Of a stretch of DNA of 64,000 bases, positions 51,879 through 63,438 are shown one piece after another. The position numbers were made by a program, and so were the translations under genes. The stretch spans positions 186,001 through 250,000 of the forward strand of contig NEEC01000026.1 of assembly GCA_002189035.1 (NCBI GenBank). The letters run 5' to 3'. Source of the DNA: Utricularia gibba. Lineage: Eukaryota; Plantae; Magnoliophyta. The notes beneath the pieces are model-generated. The model worked only from the letters and a program-made list of their open reading frames with translations. It did not search any database and had not been told where the DNA came from. How positions within the stretch are numbered: the stretch's first letter is position 1; each line of letters starts with the position of its first letter.

Positions 51879-52946
51879 CTAGAGGTGCCTCCCCACAAAG
51901 TCCGCAAGAGACTTAAAAACAAATCCACTTCCTCGTGCACGAATCAATCCAGCAGTTCTAAGAAAATGAGCATTAAGAGGGGCTAACCTTGTTTTTACAT
52001 GCAAAAATTCCAACTCAGAAATTTTATCAGAGCATAAACTTTGGACAAGAAAAGTAATGACATTGCCGAATCCAAGATGGTTTATAGTATTCTTCCGATA
52101 TTCCCTATTCATTCGTTCTGCTAAAATTGCCCCTAAATTCAAGGGTTTCTTGCGCAACAAGCACCATATGACAAACAAATCACGCTTGTACAGAGAATTA
52201 AATCCAAAGGCCCTTCTAAATAGCACAACAGAAACAAGCAAGTGAACATATCGCATAGCAGGGTCTGTAAATAAATCAGCTTTCATCCCTTTGGATTTAA
52301 ATTCTATCACATGTTGATCAGTTAAAATTTCATAAACCTTTTCAGCATTAAAATCATCAAGGTAATCAAACAATGAAGTAGCAAATTCATGGGATTCAAT
52401 ATGCTTTTCTGTACAAAATCCTAAAGCTACATTCCATTCAGCAATTGATAATGAGAAATTCTTTCCTAGCAATTTAAATGTAATGGCTGATGGTGCAATC
52501 ACACTTTCTGGTTTCTCATAACAAAAGGTAGAAACAAATTCATACATCAATTCAACATAAGAAGGACGGTTCAAATCACATAAAGCAAGCAACGCAGAAT
52601 CCTCTAAAATTGAATGAACTTCAGTAATTATGCCCAATTCTACCAATATTTCGAAATCTATGACCCTACAAGGCAGCACCCTTGCCCCTTTTACCTCATT
52701 GTACCTGGCTGTGAATTCTTCTTCATCAAAGTGTAGGTACTTGAGGTTGAGCATTTTTGCATGTTGCTTGAAATAGGGGATGCCCTTGCTGGTCATTTTC
52801 CGCTGTGATTTCCCTTTCTCTTCCTCTTCAACCCTACCTGAACTCAAGAACAATGAAATGTTTGAAACAAGATGAACATTACAATGGAATTTACCCCCAA
52901 ATTCACCAAGCGTTTGAGGGTAAATTTGTAAAATCCTGAAAATCAA
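51879..52946 (-). CDS. Athila env-like/ORF2 accessory protein (355-aa frame; likely ATG at 52796)
   Basis: SYVELMYEFVSTF..ITFKLLGKNFSLSIAEWNVALG resembles the Athila accessory ORF; lies between pol remnant and 3' LTR. Confidence 0.7.
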   Translation of the reverse strand: MIFRILQIYPQTLGEFGGKFHCNVHLVSNISLFLSSGRVEEEEKGKSQRKMTSKGIPYFKQHAKMLNLKYLHFDEEEFTARYNEVKGARVLPCRVIDFEILVELGIITEVHSILEDSALLALCDLNRPSYVELMYEFVSTFCYEKPESVIAPSAITFKLLGKNFSLSIAEWNVALGFCTEKHIESHEFATSLFDYLDDFNAEKVYEILTDQHVIEFKSKGMKADLFTDPAMRYVHLLVSVVLFRRAFGFNSLYKRDLFVIWCLLRKKPLNLGAILAERMNREYRKNTINHLGFGNVITFLVQSLCSDKISELEFLHVKTRLAPLNAHFLRTAGLIRARGSGFVFKSLADFVGRHL

Positions 52947-53007
52947 CCGTTCCCCTGTACTTATCTCTCCTGTAACCGTAGATTAATTTCCCATTTTGCA
53001 ACAGGAA

Positions 53008-54312
53008 TGTTAAGTGTCATTTTCTAGTTATTATTTAAGTATTATTATGTATTAATTAAGTGCTAAGTCGCCCAATTATGAGTCTTATTATTAAGTATTT
53101 GATTTTTACTAGAAAATTCCTATTTTCCCATTTTGTGTATATTTTATGCATTTTTTCTCACACTTTGACCGAGGCATGTCAGGAGACTGTCAGGAGTGTT
53201 GCAGGAGTATTGCAGGTGGTCAGACTCTGAGTTTTCGTGCCTTGTACGCAAGTTGGAATGATTGTGGGCGGAAGACTGACACTGTTTAAGGCCCATGACT
53301 TACGGCATGTCAGAGTCTGCAGCAATTATTGGGCGCAAACTTGCATGCAAAGAAAGTCTATTGGCGTACGCAAGACAGAAGGAATGATGGGAAGGGGACC
53401 CAAAGGAGTTAATGCACGTGGGAAGTCATATAAAAGCCACTTGGAGCACTTAGTTTAGAACTTTTGAACAATTTCTCTTGTACTTAGAACTTTTGAGTTC
53501 TTCCTCCCCTCAAGGGGGGAGAACACTTAGCTTCCTTTTCGTTTCTGTTTCTATGGCCCTTTTGGGCTAAAAACCTTGAGTTTCTAGGAAGTAGATGAAG
53601 TTTCCTTCCAAGTCCTGAACAATACACTCGGTTCTTCACTGAATTCCATTCGGATTCCGCATACTTCCACGCGTCTTGTTACAGTCTTTCTGTAACGACT
53701 CTTAGTCAACGTCCATGAGTAGCAGGCCACTTCTCGCGAATTTTGGTGAAGATCAAGGTGAAGAGCACCAACTCCAACCCTGCTGGTTTGAGGGAAGTAG
53801 CAGATTGTTTGTGGCCTAGGTACCACGACAGTGGACAGGTTGTGACCTCGGACCTGCCACTGGCCATTGGCAACAGCTGGGCACACGCGCACAATTCGGT
53901 TTTGAAGGCAATCGAAGACAACCCTCTTGTCTTCCTAATCGTCCAAGGGGGAATCACATGAGGCTATTCCCGTGCCTCCTTGTCAATCAGAGTGTAAGGG
54001 AGAGTAGGCTATTCCTTGCTCCTATAACCAACTATTCGGAAGAAATCAGTGAAAACCGAGGCAAGGACAGACAAAGGAAGGAGATGGAGTCTTATTCCCA
54101 AGAATTGCGTCCCGTAGTCAAGGCCCATTACTTAGGTTGTATCTTTCATTTCTACATCTTAAAAACCCCCTTTTACATAACCGTGACAATTTGTAGAAGT
54201 TGCTTGCAAACACTTTTCACGAAAAACAACTCGAGATCGATACTCGTACTACGCTTTCTAGTGTTTTACGTTTTAAAATATTTAAAATTTGTTGAGGAAA
54301 CGACACGCAACA
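53008..54312 (+). mobile_element. Solo LTR, family B (1305 bp), nested in the family-A element
   Basis: TGTTAAGTG...GACACGCAACA; TSD AGGAA at 53003-53007 and 54313-54317. Confidence 0.92.
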
Positions 54313-54509
54313 AGGAACACAGCAAAAACTCTCCAAAATAACTCCTAGCTAAGTCTAAAAGTGCAAAAATAAAATGACAGGAAAATAAAACTAATAGAAA
54401 TTAAACTTGAGTTGCCTCCCAAGAGCGTCCTTGTTTCCAGTCCTGTTCTAGACTTTCTTTGAGGCTACGTTTTTGTTACATCTTTCAATACCATATCATC
54501 ACCAACGTC

Positions 54510-56966
54510 CTAGGCCTCATTCTGAAAAGTTTTACAAGAATTGTTCAACATTTTGAATACTCCATCTTTGCATCTCCTCCACCAATATGGATCGTCCCAC
54601 ACGTCAGATTTTTCATCATTGAAATACATGTTCTTGTCATTGCATCTGTCTCCAACTGGTACAATTCCTGCAGCAATGAAATTAAAAATATCAGTAGAAC
54701 CTCGTTCCCAAGTTATAGTCTTACCTAGGAGTAACTGTTCATCGGGATATGTTTCTGCAATCATGTAAGCATCTTCAAGTCCATCAATTTTCCTGAAATA
54801 ATTAACACAAACATTCTCCCCTTCAACCTTATCCAAAATTTCCTTTGGATCTTGGGTGAATCCTTCAAATAATGTTGATTCTTGGTCCAACATAAGACTA
54901 ACACTGAAATTTTTCTTCTCAACATCAACCAAAACCAGTTTCGTGTGAGCTAGAGAAGACTTGAAATTCACATATTTGTCTTCTGATTCACGTTCTATAG
55001 CATTCAAATGCCCCATATTCACCTCAATATTTGGTTCTTCAACAAAGCCTTCTTTATATCCATTTTCCTTTTTGTCATCTTCTCTCTCTATATGTTCTTC
55101 AACTAATTCATCCATGATGTCCACTGAGCATACACTCTCAAAATCGCTGGGATAATTGTTCACTTCCTTCATGTTCAGCGTAATCTTTTCTTTATCAAAG
55201 GATAACTCAATTGTACCCATCTTCACATTAATTATAGCATTGGAAGTGCTCAAGAAGGGTCTTCCAAGGATGATGGTCGTATCCTTTGAACTTCCAGCAG
55301 GCATATTCACCACATAAAAGTCTGCTGGGAACACTAGCTGCTCAATCTTCACAAGAACATCTTCAACAAAGCCTTTTGGAGAAATAATTCTTCGGTCAGC
55401 AAGCTCAATTTGCACTCCTGAGGCTTTTAGAGGTCCTAACCTGAGAGTCTCATATACAGAAAATGACATCACGTTTATAGAGGCTCCCAGGTCAGCCATT
55501 GCTCTCCTAATGTTCAAGTCACCTATTTTGCAAGGAATAAAAAATGTACCCGGATCCTTGCATTTTTCTGGAAGTTTTTGGGTGAGGAAGGTTGAACAAT
55601 TCTCACTTAAAAATACCTTCCCTTTTTCCTTCATCTTGGGCTTGGACATGCAAAGGTGCTTCAAATATTTGACACTTCGTGGCACCATGGAAATATAGTC
55701 CAAAATATTCAAATTAAGTTGATTATTACCCAAGACCTTCAAAATCTTCTCCTTCTCATCTTGTTCTTCTTTTGTCTCCAACTTATCAGAAAGAAGTGGT
55801 TCAGTAATCTCTTCTTTAGTAAGTTCTCGATGAGCCATCACTTCTTTCTTGTCCCCAACCGCAACACAAAATTCCTGTTTCTCATCAGTTTTAGTCCTAG
55901 ATTGGACTAAATTCCCGTTTGGCTTCCCCTTTATGTTCCTCAATGTCATTGGGCTGCAATTCATTCTTCCACCAGAATTTGAATATGACGTTGTTGGCTC
56001 TCCTTTCTTCTTTAATTCTCCAAGCTCCAATGCCAATTGAGTCACTTGAGTCTCCAAATTCTTGATGGCTTGTCGATTCTCCACTTCATTTTTGGTTGAT
56101 TGCACCATGAACATTTTCAACATCTCTTCTAAAGAGTTCCCAGAATTTCCTCCAGCATTATGTTGGTTTGGAGACTGAAATTGTTGTTGCATCTGCTGGT
56201 TTGCCCTGCAAAATTGTGGAGCTTGATAAGAACGTTGCTGTTGCTCCTAGAAATTTTTCTGAAATCCTTGCTGTCCAGCTGATGAACTCTCACCCTTGTA
56301 AGAATTATCACTATTACTCCATCTGAAATTTGGATGATCCCTCCATCCAGGATTGTCAATGCTTGAATAGAGATCATATTTCTTCCTTTGTGGCTCCAAA
56401 TATCCCATTGCTTTCACGTGCTCTTCTTCCATCAATTCGGGACATTTATCAGCAATGTATCCCATTCTGTGGCAGTTCCCGCAGGGCATGTTCTTAGCTT
56501 GGAATAAAAAGAGTTCCTTCATCATCTCATACATGGTTGCCACATTTTTCGTTAGCTCACTTTTTGATGACTTTGGCTTGCATTCCAGCTCATATACTCT
56601 TCTATTCGAGGCCTGTTTTCTGATTATGTGTCTGGAGTGCTCAGCCAACTCCTCAAGTAATGCAAGAGCTTCCGTGGGAGTTTTTTTTCTCAAAAACCCA
56701 CCTGCTGCAGAATCCATCATGGCCCTATTTGTGCATAGAAGACCATCATAAAAATACTTGACCAATGCAATGGTCTGAAATCCATGGTGTGGACAGGAGC
56801 CTAGCAGGTGATTAAAACGCTTCCAATATTCATGTAAAGATTCACCATTTGACTGCTCAATATCACTAATCTCCTTCCTTATTTCTTCAGCTTTTGAAGC
56901 AGGGAAATATTTGCTGAGAAATACTTTCTTCATCCCATTCCAATTCGTGATACTTCTAGGCTTCAA
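54510..56966 (-). CDS. Athila-like gag-protease frame with one in-frame TAG (56247-56249), fused to an RNase H tail; no RT or integrase core
   Basis: Retrotrans_gag, CX2CX4(Y)X4C knuckle, protease KCKDPG.F.IPC.IG..AMADLGASINVM, then FPDEQLL-like YPDEQLL and WDDPY linker. Confidence 0.8.
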
Positions 56967-57195
56967 AGAGTTTAACCACGTTATTTGGGGACGAATGAAT
57001 GATCAAGTGTACTCCTCAACTTGGTATGCAAAATTCCAAAAAATTCGGGACCATTTATCAACTTCGGAGATCAATTTTTTCATCAAGGACGAATCCTGTT
57101 TTATGGGGACTCATTTTGACTTCAAGTAAAACATTTAATACAATTTTCCCATTAAATATGCGCCATGCTCAAGGCGCAAGTGATTTGTGGATACA

Positions 57196-57216
57196 CAGAC
57201 AGACAGACAGACAGAC
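57196..57216 (+). repeat. (CAGA)5 tetranucleotide in the 5' leader of the reductase gene
   Basis: Ends 4 nt before the ATG at 57221. Confidence 0.9.
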
Positions 57217-57220
57217 GCAA

Positions 57221-58440
57221 ATGGAAGCAGGAACAGGCAGAATCTGCGTCACCGGAGCCACGGGGTTCATCGCTTCATGGACCGTCAAGTGCCTTCTCGA
57301 ACACGGCTACTCAGTTAACGCTACAACAAGAACTGCCGCAGGTACCCTCGCATTTCCTCCTCTCCAATCCAATCTTTCATGAAACCTCTTTTTTCTTGTT
57401 CAGCGGGAGCCGGTGGTGAAACCAAAAGGGATCTCACCTACCTCACAAGCCTCCCTGGAGCAGCGGAGCGCCTAAGGATTTTCCATGCCGATCTCCACGA
57501 CCCACAATCATTTGTACCTGCGATTGAAGGATGCATCGGGGTTTTTCACATGGCTCATCCCTTGGACATCCCATCCGAGGACTCGGAGATCCACCATTTC
57601 ACCGCAGCCGTTAAGGGAATCCTCAACGCCTGTGCAGATTCTAAAACTGTCAAAAGAGTGGTGTTCACATCAAGTGTTTCCGCATTTGCTTTCCCCTTCC
57701 CGCCTGCTGCTAATAGCAGCATCTTTGATGAGAGTTGTTGGAGTGACCTGGACACCGTGAGGAGGCTGAAAGTGTCCCTGGGGCCTTATGTCGTCACCAA
57801 GACCATAACTGAAAAACTGGCTCTGGAACTTGCTGCAGATCTGGGGTTGAATCTTGTCTCAGTTGGCCCAAGTTGGGTCACTGGCCCCTTCCTCTGCCCC
57901 TACCTTCCATTTTCTGTTCAAGCATCCTTGGCCTTGATCTGTGGTATGGTACTCTTCTCACGCTGAAATTATGAATGGCTTTTAGAGATGAGATTGTGAA
58001 GCGTGGAAGGAATTCTTGACCAGGGATTGAAGAGGCGTACATGTGTCTCAAGGATATTAGCCTCGTTCATGTGGAGGATGTAGCCAGAGCACACATTCAT
58101 CTCTTTGAACATCCTGAGGCAAAGGGCCAGCGATATCTCTGTGCTGCGGTCGATGCTTCCATTGAGGAACTCCATGAGTTGATTTCAAGGAAATACCCGC
58201 AGTATAAGCTTCCAAATCCAGAGTGAGTGCACAACGTGATTCCTCTCCTAACAAGGGACTTTCTTTTTTCTTGATAACAAGTATGTTTTTTCGTGCAGAT
58301 CTTGGGAGGGCCTTCTTTCAGTTAAAACTGCAGGCGCTTCCACCAGAAAGCTGCTCGAAACTGGATTCAAGTACAAGTATGGACTGGAAGAAATGCTTGA
58401 CGCAGCCGTTGAATGTGCCAAGGCCAAAGGCTTCCTGTAG
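57221..58440 (+). CDS. DFR/vestitone-reductase-like NAD(P)H-dependent reductase, 333 aa; exons 57221-57341, 57404-57943, 58024-58222, 58299-58440
   Basis: CVTGATGFIASW cofactor motif, TSS serine, YVVTK catalytic YxxxK, VHVEDVARAHI, C-terminus GFKYKYGLEEM; spliced length 1002 nt in frame. Confidence 0.9.
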
Positions 58441-58653
58441 CTGCCTGCAGCTCCTCCCATTTGAATGATGATTTGTCGTAATAACAACGAGTATTACTTT
58501 ACACAGACATTGGGTTGCAAGTGGGAGTCACGTTGTAACATTATTGTTTAAACAAGAGATGCATACATGAAAGACCAAGCATATAGCAGCTAATACTGGA
58601 AAGGAACACATTCACAGCGTGATGAGGCATGATGGGGTGGGTGGCAGGCTGGC

Positions 58654-58898
58654 CTAGATGCTGATGTGGGGGCGAAAATGCAGGTCGCCGACGAAGTTTC
58701 TGGTGATCTGGTCGACGCAAGCCATCCGTATTCGTTCGGGAGTCGCAGGAGTGTCCAGAGGAAACCACTCAGTAAGGCCTTCTTCTGTCCTTGCTGCGAT
58801 TATAGCGTCCTTTATGGCGAAGAAAACACAAGCCGCCAGGAAAAATGGGGGCTCTCCCACAGCTTTGCTTGAGTGTACCGCCTTGGGATTAGTGCTTC
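58654..58898 (-). pseudogene. XDH: Orphan terminal exon of xanthine dehydrogenase, with preceding intron 58899-59055
   Basis: [39 protein letters not shown]; CAG acceptor; no other XDH exons seen up to the window end. Confidence 0.85.
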
Positions 58899-59059
58899 CT
58901 GTAATTCCAACACGTTCAGTTTACATCAATCACACTCCTTTCTTCCCCCCACTCCCGATCAGCATGAAAAAAAGACCCAGCCCTCACACCAGTTGATGCT
59001 TTTGTATATCATGGACTTGTCCTTTGTCAACGAAATGCAGAAGCAACGTAATTACCTTT

Positions 59060-59310
59060 AATTTGAAGCCCAAAACGACGCAACAGGGCGCGGATGAAAC
59101 CAGTGAAAAGGAATCGATGATCCTAAAGCCATAGGAAAGAAGAGAGAACTCGACTTTACCCCCGGAGATACATGTTTCTGGAATCTGGATTACTGGAAAA
59201 TATGGTTCCTGCCACGTTCGGAGGCTCCCCTAATTCCCTTCCCCGTTCTGACTAAAACGACGTCGTCCGAGACACCTAATCCTCCCTCCTTTTTCTTTAA
59301 TTACTGATTT
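59060..59310 (-). repeat. Duplicate of 28824-29077 (promoter, 5' UTR, exon 1 and intron-1 start of the hnRNP gene)
   Basis: Collinear, same orientation, long identical blocks (e.g. GGAGATACATGTTTCTGGAATCTGGATTAC; CACCTAATCCTCCCTCCTTTTTCTTTAATTACTGATTT). Confidence 0.95.
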
Positions 59311-61289
59311 CATAAGATGTAAAATATCACATGTTTAGTAAATCTACATCACGTATCCCATGCAACTTTTTTATTTATATTAAAACACAAATTCTAAGAT
59401 GGATTTAATTAATTCTACCATACTAATCTTTTTAAATGATATGATATATAAATGTAATTATCAAAATATATTTATGTTTTTCAAATAATTTATTTATAAA
59501 GTTTTTTAATTTTCTTCTTATTAAAAGATGGGCAGGAATAATCCCCGAATTTTGATTTAATTGTAAAATTAGTCTCCATAGTTTCATTTTTCTTCCTCAA
59601 TATTTAAAAATCATGCATGAATGGTCTCCATTGTTTAATACTCATGCAAAATAAGTCTCTACTGTTTCCACACATGGTATTTTAATCCCAAAAAAACACA
59701 GTCCCCACTGTTTATTCAAACAAAAACAATTCCCATTCTTTGAAAAAATCCGCGTGGACAGTACCTAGTTGTTTGATATTGTGGTAAAATTAGTTCCCAA
59801 TGAATCTTATACATGTGGGCTGTAAGTCTTTATGTGTCAGTCCAATAATCCAGCTGAATTTACTTAGCCCAATACCCAAGTTCACGGTTGAGTAATTTGA
59901 GGAAGGAATAAATGCATTGGAGGTGCATTGACATAACATAAAGAGGGAGAAACAGAAGCATGCGTCTTTTTCTCATCATAAGTTCATCAAAGATAAGCAG
60001 AGGTTGTTAGAGTTTGAAGAACATTCTTTCTTCAATCTTTGATCAGGTTTTGATCTCAATTGATTCAGATACATACCGATCTTCATTTTCATCGGGTTCC
60101 CTAGTAAATCTGGAAATCGTTTTAGTGTTTTCTTGGTATTTAGAGCATATAATTGGAGCTTGTATGCTTTTGTATCAAAATACTGTCTAGTGGAAATTTT
60201 ATAACCTAGTATGAATTCTAACATCAATCAACGTAGCCGCAATTATTGGCCGCAATTAATGTGGCCGCAATGAATGGATGACTTTATGAGAGGCTTCAGA
60301 CAATCCACGAATTTCTATACATAAACAATATTACAAAATCAATTATTTTACCCTTCTTAAATATGGATCTTATCGATTGTATGAAGAACACTCTTTTAGG
60401 TTGCATAACTATTATTCTTCTTTCTCTTTGTTGAGGTGCTACTTTCTCTATGTTGAGATGCTATCATGGCATCAAAGTCTTCCTCTAATGGATGAAAGTG
60501 ATTCTACCCTACAAGTAGCGGTTAAAGCTGCCAAAAAGGGGTTTATCGATCCCTTTGAAAAAACTCTTCTGACACTTCAGTCGTTGAATTTTGACTCTGA
60601 GAATTTATGGATTTCAGGTGATTTTTCAAGAGAGATTCACCAATTTCGTATAGGGATCGATGATATGATATTCATGACTATGTGCTCTCAAATCTTAACA
60701 GAGGAACAACTGGGATCCTTCAGCTAGATAAATAATCGTATAATCCATGAAGATAAACATCGCAATATTAAACGCCATGATGCCAAGAGGCAATGTTGTG
60801 GCCCTAGCAACACACCACTCTGATAGTCATCCCTCTCATTCTTTCACAAGTGATAAGCTATACGACATTTGCGAATTCGATGAGCATGAGAAAGTTGGTT
60901 GCTTTTTTCTTATAAGATATCCTGAATAGTGGGAAGATAGACCGCGTCTTGCTCTTAATGATACAACAAATAGGGGGAGATGTTGCATTATCTACCACTA
61001 AAAATAGGGGATGCCATGATCGTAATCAGAGAAATCAAATCGGTTGTGAGGGGAAAGATGGAAATTGATGGAATCAAAATGATAGTCCTACAATTGGATA
61101 CACCTCTGTTCAAGCAAATGGAGTCATAGGAAGTGAACATGCCTTATCTACTCCTCTTATTTCTTTGACTCCTTACGACAAGAAACAATTGCCCTCTATG
61201 AGTGATTCTCAATGGTGAAAATTGCAGAAACTCATGTCTCAAAAGGAAGATTGAGAAAAACTATCAGGTATATTTTCCCACACATCCTG

Positions 61290-62053
61290 AATTTTGAATA
61301 ATGGAGCATTTGATCATATGACTCACCAACGTTATCAATTGATAGATTTGTATGGTACTCATTCTTGCTCGATCACTATTCCCAACAGTGCACGAGAGTT
61401 CTCTAACACATAAGAAAAGATGACTATTGAGGATGCTTTTGTCCTACACAATGTGTCTTAGGTGCCCAATTTTAACTCCAACTTGATTTCTCCCTATTTG
61501 TAGTTGCATGGTTGACGCTATCCTATCTCTCTATGTGGATCTATTCTTATTATTCAAGATCGGGTCTCAAGTGCAATGATTGGAATTGGTGAGCTAGTTG
61601 GCTGTGCTTATCAACTCATTTTGGTGACATCTTCATATGCGGGTTCTACGAATGCCACAACCAACCTGAACTTGTGACATAAACGGCTCGATCATTCTGG
61701 AAATGTACTAAATTTCATCTCTGGAATTTCTTTTTCTCAGACTTTGGTTCGCGATTGTTTTGCCAATTTGTGATATTTGTTGTCATTCCAAACAACATCG
61801 ATCACATTATCCAGTTCTTTTGAGTCATGTGAGTGTCTTATTTGATTTAGTTCATTGTGATTTATGGGATCCCTAACGCACACCCACATCACGCAGGGCT
61901 AGGTATTTTCTTAAGTTGATTGACATCATTCCCGCACCATTTGGGTTTATTTATTAGTGGAGAAAATCGAGATCCGTCTTATTGTCACTCGGTTTTGTGA
62001 TATGATCTCTACCCAGTATCATTACACCATCAAAGCTTTTTGAAATGATAATG
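61290..62053 (+). mobile_element. Ty1/copia protease, pre-integrase and integrase remnant
   Basis: ILNNGAFDHMT, LHNVS*VPNFNSNLIS, CDICCHSKQHR, FDLVHCDLWDP; cut at 62054 by the next LTR. Confidence 0.8.
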
Positions 62054-63438
62054 TGATAAATGAAAATTCCTATTATCGTTGCAATAAAAATAGAATTCTA
62101 TATCAAATAAATTTATAATCCTTAATCCTCACAAAATACAAATAAAACACAAAATGTAAAGTGGAATTCGGGATCGATCACAAGGAGCTGATGCTTGCAA
62201 TGTGTTTTTAACAGATACAAAATTCGGAATAAATGTTGTTCTTAGTTTTAGCTCAAACTAACAGTAATAGACAAACTCGCTAAGTAGAGTCAAGTTGCAA
62301 AGCAGAAAATAACAAGTGTTGGTTTTAAGCACATGATGATACTAAGATGCCTTAAGGTAATGCAGGTGATGTGGTGCTAAAATGCCTAATTTAATTTACT
62401 ATATTCCTATACTCATAACTCTAAACAATCTAAGTCTATCTAGGTCATTCATCATATTTTCGGCTAAGCTAGTTCTCAATATCAGCACCAACATTGTAAT
62501 TAGGTCTACCCGCATGAAGAATGTATAGAACTAGGTTTACCCGATTCTACTGGTATTACCCTGGACTATTACCTACTGCTCCCATTTTAATTTATTGGTG
62601 TATCTCTAAATCAAGTATCTAAGTTGCGAAGTTCTTTGTTCCCTTACTTAGATCTACCCATGGAATGATAGAAACAAGAACTAACTAAGAGACAAAAATA
62701 AATTGCATTTTTAACCCTAGCCCCACATCACCCTTCTAAACCTTAAGGCATTCCTAAGGTTCTAGCTACTCACGTGTGGAAAATAAAACAAGTTCTCATA
62801 GTCATAAACTGAAGAAAATATTCTTAACATTGTCAAATACACAACAACGAAAGCAAAGTTTCAGCAAACTAAGTAAAATAGAGTGTTCTATTTTCTGTCT
62901 GCTACTGTTCATAGTGTAGAACGGTAGCTCTAAACTGGATCTTAGTAGTGTTTCTTTGAGAGAATCTCCTCCTTCTCCCCTTCTAATCGATATTCGTAGT
63001 GTTGGAGGAGAAGCCCCTTGTGTGTCACTGTAGCTCAAGCTCTCTAAGTTCTCCTCTTTTTTGCGACTCTCTCTCCTCCTGATTTTATCTCCTCTCTCAC
63101 TTCCCAAAGCAAGTACATTTTCTCACACCACTACTGGTCCTATTCCTGACTTACACACTAATGTGATGGAAGTATACTTATTGTCTTATGCTCCTCCTAC
63201 TATATGGTGACTTGCATGAAATTTTTGTATCTTTTCGTGATTTTGGGACTTGATGCTGGACTCACAATTGGGTTAGAACATAGAGTGGGTTAAATTAAAG
63301 GATTTAACCTACTAACACACAAAAATCACATATTTTCTGAATTATAAAAAAATATTTAAAACTATAAAATAGCAACGAAAACATAATCAAAAAGTTATGA
63401 TTATTATATCTTAAAACATGTAAATTTGTGTGCTATCA
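62054..63438 (-). mobile_element. Athila-like 3' LTR related to family A, inserted in the Copia integrase
   Basis: Minus strand TGATAGCAC...TTTATCA; shares the CACAAGGAGCT block; right flank resembles the family-A pre-LTR sequence. Confidence 0.65.

Larger units (their letters stand above)
49663..56982 (-). mobile_element. RT-less Athila-like element, family A, 5'-truncated (3' LTR 49663-50817; env-like ORF; gag-PR)
   Basis: 1155-bp LTR TGATAAC...TTTATCA; post-pol motif CTCTTGGGAGGCAAC near 54420; gag homology stops at about 56982. Confidence 0.88.

Noticed and set aside
18380-58440. Biosynthetic gene cluster (ABCG plus reductase)
   Set aside because: The genes are 35 kb apart and intervening genes are unrelated regulators.
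56983-59950. Pack-MULE enclosing the reductase, XDH exon and hnRNP fragment
   Set aside because: TIR-like stretches near 56990 and 59530 do not form a convincing inverted pair and no TSD was found; not fully excluded.
60377-60929. 116-aa and 60-aa ORFs plus three GCCGCAAT repeats near 60236-60271
   Set aside because: No assignable domain; probably TE debris.
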